Shown: positions 58,727 to 64,000 of the stretch, in pieces | Numbering within the stretch: the first letter of the stretch is position 1 | How the letters are laid out: the number at the start of each line of letters is the position of its first letter | Source of the DNA: a virus | Virus record (IMG/VR): IMGVR_UViG_3300037520_001064 | Span: 25,589 to 89,588 of that record | Direction: 5' to 3' (one strand) | Length of the DNA stretch: 64,000 nt | Program-made: the position numbers and the translations under genes | The notes under the pieces: generated by a model | The model's database searches: none | Seen by the model: only the letters and a program-made list of their open reading frames with translations | What the model was told of the DNA's origin: nothing

Positions 58727-59484
58727 TACACAGGAAATAATTCTAACTGAACATTTGGTTTACGAATAGGCTTGCTAACAATACCTGCAGCATCTAAGAA
58801 GAATGAATGAGCATTAATGTGATTACCCATCCATAAGCTTGGGTGAACCTCTTTCATACTGAATGTAGTAAATTGGTAAAGCTCCCATAAGCTATCTGGT
58901 GCACCATAATCATGTGTAGGCTTATCAAGTTCTCTTCTGATGATGTTAAGCTGTGTAGATTCAATGAATTCTTCTTCAATGATCATACGTCCTATTAGTT
59001 CAGCCTGAGCTCTTCTATCCAACTGAATAGTTTTCATGATGTCTCTTTCTTTCTGCATTCTGGTAAAAGCTTCTCCAGCATCCATAATGTACTCTGTAAT
59101 AGCTTGTGGTGTGAATGTTTGAATCTCTCCAACATGTTTATGTTTAAAAGATCCATAATCACCACTTACACAACCATTGCTACAAATAAAGATTTTGGTA
59201 CCAATAGCAAACTTCAATGATAATGATTTATCATAACTGTTTTGCCAACCAATCTGTAATTGCATCTCACTGTCAGCTACATTCTTAATTGTGAACTTAC
59301 CATTAGCAACTTTACCATCTCTTGCAGATGTATAAAGCTCTTGGTCTAGGGTAAACCCTGCTTGATGAATACTCTCAAGTGTTAGGTCCATTAATTCTGC
59401 ATGACTTACAGGTTTGTAAGTTTTAGTTTGTTGAGGAACTTCTGCAGCTAGCAGCATCCCTCTCGCTGTGTTGTAATTTTCCAT
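58726..59484 (-). CDS. DUF932-like protein
   Basis: YKPVSH, NSYDKS...FICSNG...KHKHVG and SLWELYQ motifs. Confidence 0.7.
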   Translation of the reverse strand: MENYNTARGMLLAAEVPQQTKTYKPVSHAELMDLTLESIHQAGFTLDQELYTSARDGKVANGKFTIKNVADSEMQLQIGWQNSYDKSLSLKFAIGTKIFICSNGCVSGDYGSFKHKHVGEIQTFTPQAITEYIMDAGEAFTRMQKERDIMKTIQLDRRAQAELIGRMIIEEEFIESTQLNIIRRELDKPTHDYGAPDSLWELYQFTTFSMKEVHPSLWMGNHINAHSFFLDAAGIVSKPIRKPNVQLELFPV

Positions 59485-59489
59485 AATTT

Positions 59490-59642
59490 CTATTCTAATG
59501 TTAATTTAATTTCTCTGTTTAAAAATCTACCAAGAATAACTTCTAAGTTTTCTACACCAATACATTCAACTTCATCATTTTCTGTAGTGGATAACCACTC
59601 GATGTTATCTTGAATCTCTGTGATTAATTCTTCTATACTCAT
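59490..59642 (-). CDS. Small hypothetical protein (50 aa, not in the ORF track)
   Basis: MSIEELITEIQDNIEWLSTTENDEVECIGVENLEVILGRFLNREIKLTLE. Confidence 0.5.
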   Translation of the reverse strand: MSIEELITEIQDNIEWLSTTENDEVECIGVENLEVILGRFLNREIKLTLE

Positions 59643-59812
59643 AATTCTTTTAATATTAATTCATATTTCTTTCCATCTGAAGTTTCTATAACACCTTCAT
59701 TGTTTATAGATTTTACTTTTCTGTACACTTCAGTAAAATGAATATCAAGTGATTTAGATATAGCTAATCTAAACCAATGACCAGCTGTGCTATTTAGTTT
59801 CCAACTATTCAT
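59639..59812 (-). CDS. Small hypothetical protein (57 aa, not in the ORF track)
   Basis: MNSWKLNSTAGHWFRLAISK...; ATGA-coupled to the primase stop. Confidence 0.5.
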   Translation of the reverse strand: MNSWKLNSTAGHWFRLAISKSLDIHFTEVYRKVKSINNEGVIETSDGKKYELILKEL

Positions 59813-60813
59813 ATTAATTCTCTTTGTGTTAAATATTTCTCAATTGTCTTTAATCCATGTATGCGTGCTAGATCAGCCCAATCTTTAATTCCTTCATCTA
59901 GATAGATTCTAGGTACATTGCAATACTCAAATCCAAACTTTTCAGTTATCATTTGAGAATTCTTTACACCAGCTTCATCTGAATCAAAACTTAAGATTTG
60001 TCTATCAGAATTTTCTTTAATGTATTCAACATTCTCTTCAGAGAAACATCCTACACCTTCATTCTGTACAGCACAACAACATGGAAATACTTTTTTCATT
60101 ACCATGTAATCCTTCTTACTCTTATTGATGAATGCTACTTCACAATCTTTGATGTCATCTAGTCCATCCATCATAGTAATAGGTACATTATTAGGCATCC
60201 ACTTATTCTTTCTATCTCCATAGGGTCTATATATCTTCCAATGTCCTTCATATAAATAACCAAACCTCAACTCTGTATCCTTAATTGGAAACTTCTGTTT
60301 GTTGAGATATACAGTGTCTATTGAATACACATTGTTAGCTCTAAGATCATCTATGTCTTGATAGTATCCATTCCAATATGCTAGTTCTTCGTGTGTAAAC
60401 TTTCTGGTCTTCACCTGAATAAAATACTCACGTTTAGATGTAGATGTTGGTTGTGAATAATTAGCAACGATCCTCTCATATTTCTTTGTAGAGGATACAT
60501 TCATAATCCCAAGATCAAAATCTCTATCAATCATTAACAATGCTTCACGCAATGATGGTAAATGGAACAGCATTATAACAAAATCAAAACAGCCACCACT
60601 TCTAGTGGAATCTGCAAAATCATGAAATCTCAATGCTCCTCCTCTATATCCTATAATGAATGAAGGATTCTTTTCGTTTCTAAAGGGAGAATAAGTAACA
60701 GTGTTAATCTTCCAATTCTGATGCGGCATATAGAACTTATAGATATCATATTCTGTTATCTTTTCTAGTATGCTATCAGGTGTTAAGTCTACTTTCTTTC
60801 TTCCTTTTATCAT
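59809..60813 (-). CDS. DNA primase (crAss-like, TOPRIM)
   Basis: SPFRNEKNPSF...FHDFA, KIYRP, KSKKD, SFDSDEAG and KDWAD motifs; likely start MIKGRKK at 60813. Confidence 0.8.
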   Translation of the reverse strand: MIKGRKKVDLTPDSILEKITEYDIYKFYMPHQNWKINTVTYSPFRNEKNPSFIIGYRGGALRFHDFADSTRSGGCFDFVIMLFHLPSLREALLMIDRDFDLGIMNVSSTKKYERIVANYSQPTSTSKREYFIQVKTRKFTHEELAYWNGYYQDIDDLRANNVYSIDTVYLNKQKFPIKDTELRFGYLYEGHWKIYRPYGDRKNKWMPNNVPITMMDGLDDIKDCEVAFINKSKKDYMVMKKVFPCCCAVQNEGVGCFSEENVEYIKENSDRQILSFDSDEAGVKNSQMITEKFGFEYCNVPRIYLDEGIKDWADLARIHGLKTIEKYLTQRELI

Positions 60814-60819
60814 AGCTTT

Positions 60820-60856
60820 AAAAATAAAAACCCCCACCATTTCTGATGAGGGCTTC
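60820..60856 (-). terminator. Intrinsic terminator
   Basis: - strand GCCCTCATCA-GAAA-TGGTGGGGGT-TTTTATTTTT. Confidence 0.7.
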
Positions 60857-60873
60857 TACCGAATTAATAATTA

Positions 60874-61746
60874 TTAATAATCAGAACCATCATCAGAAAT
60901 ATAAGCATCAGAGGCCACAAGGTTATCATCTGCATTATAATCCTGTAAATCTTTAAATGTATAATAGTCTTTACAACCATATTCACCAATAACATTTACA
61001 ACAAACTTCTCATGTGCTTTCAAATCACGAGGCTTCTTATTCTTAAGATCTGCCTGAACTCTTTTGCTTCCATAATCAACAAGTCTGAATTGTTTCAATG
61101 CATATCCACTTAAGAATGCTTTGTTATAGATTCCTTGATACTCTTTAGACTCTCCATCTCTCTCTTTAACTATTACAGTTGCAAGAGATACAACAGACTT
61201 AGCCCACTCACCATCAATTTGGTCTTTCAAGTCTTTTACATTACCACGCATCAACTTCTTCCATTCTAATTGTAGAACAGTATCTGCATCACGATAGTCA
61301 AGATCAGCTAACCATGTTCTCATGAAGTTATAGAAATCTTCTTCTCCTACATAAGCTACACGATAGTCTCTTCCTTTAGTAAACCATTCAGCTAGATCAT
61401 TTTCATCAGCTGCCCAAGTACACATACCAATAGAATTGATATACTGATTCTTGGTACCATCTTTATTTTCTCTCTCCTTGTCTTCTAAAAAGAATGACAC
61501 CTTGAATTTGTCTTTATTCTTAACTTCTTCTAACCAGAAGTCAACACGTAGATAGTTATTACCATCTTTTGTTTCACCTAAATACTCAGCAGCTTTGCTA
61601 TCTTCTTTAAGTTCCATTCCCAGAATGTCTTTAAACTCTTCTGTTGTTGGATTAATTGCAATTACGTTTGCTTCAAACAAACCTACTTTCTTAGAAAAAT
61701 CTCCACCACCTGTGTTTTCTCTTTTCTTTCCTCCGATACTACTCAT
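60874..61746 (-). CDS. Putative ssDNA-binding/replication protein
   Basis: 290 aa with VIAINPT and RVDFWL motifs and an acidic C-terminus; sits between the AAA ATPase and primase. Confidence 0.5.
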   Translation of the reverse strand: MSSIGGKKRENTGGGDFSKKVGLFEANVIAINPTTEEFKDILGMELKEDSKAAEYLGETKDGNNYLRVDFWLEEVKNKDKFKVSFFLEDKERENKDGTKNQYINSIGMCTWAADENDLAEWFTKGRDYRVAYVGEEDFYNFMRTWLADLDYRDADTVLQLEWKKLMRGNVKDLKDQIDGEWAKSVVSLATVIVKERDGESKEYQGIYNKAFLSGYALKQFRLVDYGSKRVQADLKNKKPRDLKAHEKFVVNVIGEYGCKDYYTFKDLQDYNADDNLVASDAYISDDGSDY

Positions 61747-61758
61747 CTTAATTTAATT

Positions 61759-62436
61759 TTAGTTATAATATTCATTTACTGTATTCACTACTAGTTGTAA
61801 GTCATTTGGTATTTTTATTTCTGCAAACATACCATCAGGACTTTTTGCTGGCATTTTCTTATATCGATTAGTTACAAAGCTATATGTAGCAGAACCATCT
61901 TTGTTTTCCTCTACATTAGTGTAAAGACAAACAGTTAACAATCCTTCTAATAACACTTGGTTATCGATTAACTTACCTGCAGTTTTGATTTTGTATCCTA
62001 TGATCTCTCCACCATCTTCAATAGTTTCTGGGTGAGTTAAATAGAATACTGTGATGTCATCACGTAATTGTCTAGCAGTTCTAAACAGATCAACCATGTC
62101 TCTAGCCATAACGCTAAACTTGGTAAATCCTACTTCTGTAGCTTTAGCCACTATATTGAATCCCATAATGTAATTAGAGTCTTCAATGATAATGTTCTTA
62201 ATGTGTTTAAATTTCTCCAATTCTGAGATAGCTTTTAATCCACGAGAGATATCATTAGCATCATCAGTCTCTTTGTAGTTTCCTTTGTCTTTACTATATA
62301 GCTTTTCAGAACCTTTGAAAGGAAGTTCTTTCTTTGCTACATTAAAAATGTACGTTTCTTCTGGATTTAGGTGTTTGATACTAGTTGATTTACCTGTACC
62401 TGTAGCACCAACAATCCCTACTAATTTACTTGCCAT
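61759..62436 (-). CDS. AAA_24/Sak4-like P-loop ATPase
   Basis: GATGTGKSTS, IIIED, KIKTAGK and AKSPDGMF motifs. Confidence 0.75.
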   Translation of the reverse strand: MASKLVGIVGATGTGKSTSIKHLNPEETYIFNVAKKELPFKGSEKLYSKDKGNYKETDDANDISRGLKAISELEKFKHIKNIIIEDSNYIMGFNIVAKATEVGFTKFSVMARDMVDLFRTARQLRDDITVFYLTHPETIEDGGEIIGYKIKTAGKLIDNQVLLEGLLTVCLYTNVEENKDGSATYSFVTNRYKKMPAKSPDGMFAEIKIPNDLQLVVNTVNEYYN

Positions 62437-62510
62437 TGTTTTTTTGCTTTAATTATTAATATTTAGTTTATTCTATAAAGATACAAATAATATTTGATAA
62501 AGTCAAACAT

Positions 62511-63587
62511 TTATATGTATTTTATCTTGTTTTTGTCAAAAAATTCTAGTGCTTTTGACAACCACTTTAGCTCTGTAGATTCATTAGTACTTACAATATA
62601 AATGTGGGCTTTTTTATCAGGAGTGCTATACTCCATGGCCATACATCTATTGATCTTTTGTGCTAGATTCTCTGCATTACTATCAAAATAGTTTATGATC
62701 ACCTTGTTCAGAGGTTTATACGTTACACCTGTATTACCGATCTTCACAACAGCAAGGTGATTACCTTTACCTTCAGCAAAGTCCTCAAAGAGTTGTTTCT
62801 CACTTGATTTACTGTGATAGGAAGGAATTCCTAGACTGTCAGCTATCTTGGTAACACCACAGAATACTAACACTCTCTCATCTTTATGCTTGGCAAGCAA
62901 TGCTTTAGTTGCATTAGTTTTAGCAACAGATGATTGTATTAGTCTCATTCTAGCAAGACGCATAAACATAGTATCAGATCCACTATTCTGTAGCTTATTG
63001 ATTACCCAGGTGAGAGCTTCAAACTGTTTCTTTTCAGTCTTCTTCTTTCCCTTATAATCTTGCATAATAGTGTTATCCAATGGCACTCTAATAACATGTA
63101 TCTCATAATCTACAATAACACCCTCCTCAATTGCTTTTTCAATTGGATAGGTTGCTAGTACATGAAGATCTAATTCTTCTTCAAGGGTTCGTTCTGTCCA
63201 ACTGGATAATGTACCAGTTAGACCAAGGACATGCTCGTTAATATCTAACAAATCCTTACACACTTCTATTTGAGCCTCGCTCAATAGATGTATCTCATCA
63301 ATGATAACAAGATCAAACTTCTTATCTGCATACTTCTTTAAAGATAGATGTGTTGTATATGTAACATGTGAGTCATCATATCCTCTATCTTCAAAATCAG
63401 ATTGCCAAGAGTCTTTTATCTTATTATCAGGATAGGCAATAAGAACAGTGCTAGGCTTAAGCTGCTCTAATATGTTAATGGATGTATAAATCTTACCAAA
63501 CCTAGGGCACAGATTCAATATACCAAACTTACCATGCTTGAGCCATACATCAGCAAACTCTTTTTGTCTCTTATCTCTTAATGTCAT
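62511..63587 (-). CDS. Superfamily 2 helicase
   Basis: PRFGK (divergent Walker A), IIDEIH, LGLTGT and QKINR motifs. Confidence 0.75.
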   Translation of the reverse strand: MTLRDKRQKEFADVWLKHGKFGILNLCPRFGKIYTSINILEQLKPSTVLIAYPDNKIKDSWQSDFEDRGYDDSHVTYTTHLSLKKYADKKFDLVIIDEIHLLSEAQIEVCKDLLDINEHVLGLTGTLSSWTERTLEEELDLHVLATYPIEKAIEEGVIVDYEIHVIRVPLDNTIMQDYKGKKKTEKKQFEALTWVINKLQNSGSDTMFMRLARMRLIQSSVAKTNATKALLAKHKDERVLVFCGVTKIADSLGIPSYHSKSSEKQLFEDFAEGKGNHLAVVKIGNTGVTYKPLNKVIINYFDSNAENLAQKINRCMAMEYSTPDKKAHIYIVSTNESTELKWLSKALEFFDKNKIKYI

Positions 63588-63796
63588 TCTTCTTTCTTTA
63601 TATATCCATAAACAACAAATTTATCTTCATCTTCATACTTAGCTTGATCTTCACGTTTTCCCCATTGAAACCACATTCCACTAATGTTTGTTTCGTTAGT
63701 TCTAACCCATTCATCATTCTTGAACATGAATTGTTCTTCATTGCTTTGTTCTTTAAATAGAGGAACAAATCCTTCTGGTTTTTCTTTTCTCATCAT
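63584..63796 (-). CDS. Hypothetical protein
   Basis: 70-aa ORF with ATGA overlaps. Confidence 0.5.
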   Translation of the reverse strand: MMRKEKPEGFVPLFKEQSNEEQFMFKNDEWVRTNETNISGMWFQWGKREDQAKYEDEDKFVVYGYIKKEE

Positions 63797-63999
63797 TCTC
63801 TTAGGAAATATGATTTGTTAATAATAGCTTCATAATCAGCATCTGTGATATCTTTCTTTCTAGGGAGCTCCTTGAACATACCAATCTGGCCTAAGAAACC
63901 AAGACCAATACGCACATCATCTTCTCCATAAGAATTCTTGATTAGTCGTAATGATCTAAAATACTTAGCACCATAATCATCTTTTAGTTTATCTAGGTC
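63793..63999 (-). CDS. C-terminus of a replicative (DnaB-like) helicase, partial
   Basis: Hand translation gives DLDKLKDDYGAKYFRSLRLIKNSYGEDDVRIGLGFLGQIGMFKELPRKK...; the ORF runs off the window edge. Confidence 0.55.
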   Translation of the reverse strand, partial: DLDKLKDDYGAKYFRSLRLIKNSYGEDDVRIGLGFLGQIGMFKELPRKKDITDADYEAIINKSYFLRE

Positions 64000-64000
64000 A

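Noticed and set aside
60814-60840. ORF-track N-terminal extension of the primase (MVGVFIFKA)
   Set aside because: It lies inside the upstream terminator hairpin and U tract; the ATG at 60813 is more plausible.
1-64000. Stop-codon reassignment as in some crAss-like phages
   Set aside because: Very long ORFs are intact under the standard code, and TAG and TGA both end genes at sensible boundaries.
1-64000. tRNA, rRNA, integrase or transposase genes
   Set aside because: None recognised by eye, and intergenic gaps are mostly short. A tRNAscan/Infernal run would be needed to exclude small RNAs formally.

Overview
This AT-rich window reads as part of a crAss-like (Crassvirales-type) phage genome, most likely infecting a Bacteroidota host, and uses the standard genetic code. 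The + strand block (1-42.3 kb) holds three putative virion cargo proteins, a 4224-aa virion RNA polymerase (DFDID motif), a 2127-aa Gly-Thr-Ser collagen-like fibre, a lysis cassette, three mucin-like Thr-tailed proteins around a glycosyltransferase, a ferritin-like protein and a cluster of small Lys-rich proteins. The - strand block (42.3-64 kb) holds glycan enzymes, GroES-like, thioredoxin, PhoH, MazG-like, RecA, nucleases, rIIA/rIIB, UDG, primase, an ATPase and helicases. The most notable signal is a candidate phage protein O-glycosylation ('glycan shield') system. It comprises a TibC/Aah-like O-heptosyltransferase fusion next to the Ser/Thr collagen, a plant HPAT/SRGT1-like transferase between Thr-rich putative substrates, and GT11, GT2 and O-methyltransferase tailoring genes. 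Other signals are a shared (hydrophobic/A)-x-x-G(G) motif in cargo and basic proteins, repeat-flanked inserts in the RNAP, and recurring promoter architectures. All family calls come from recognising motifs by eye; no database searches were run.
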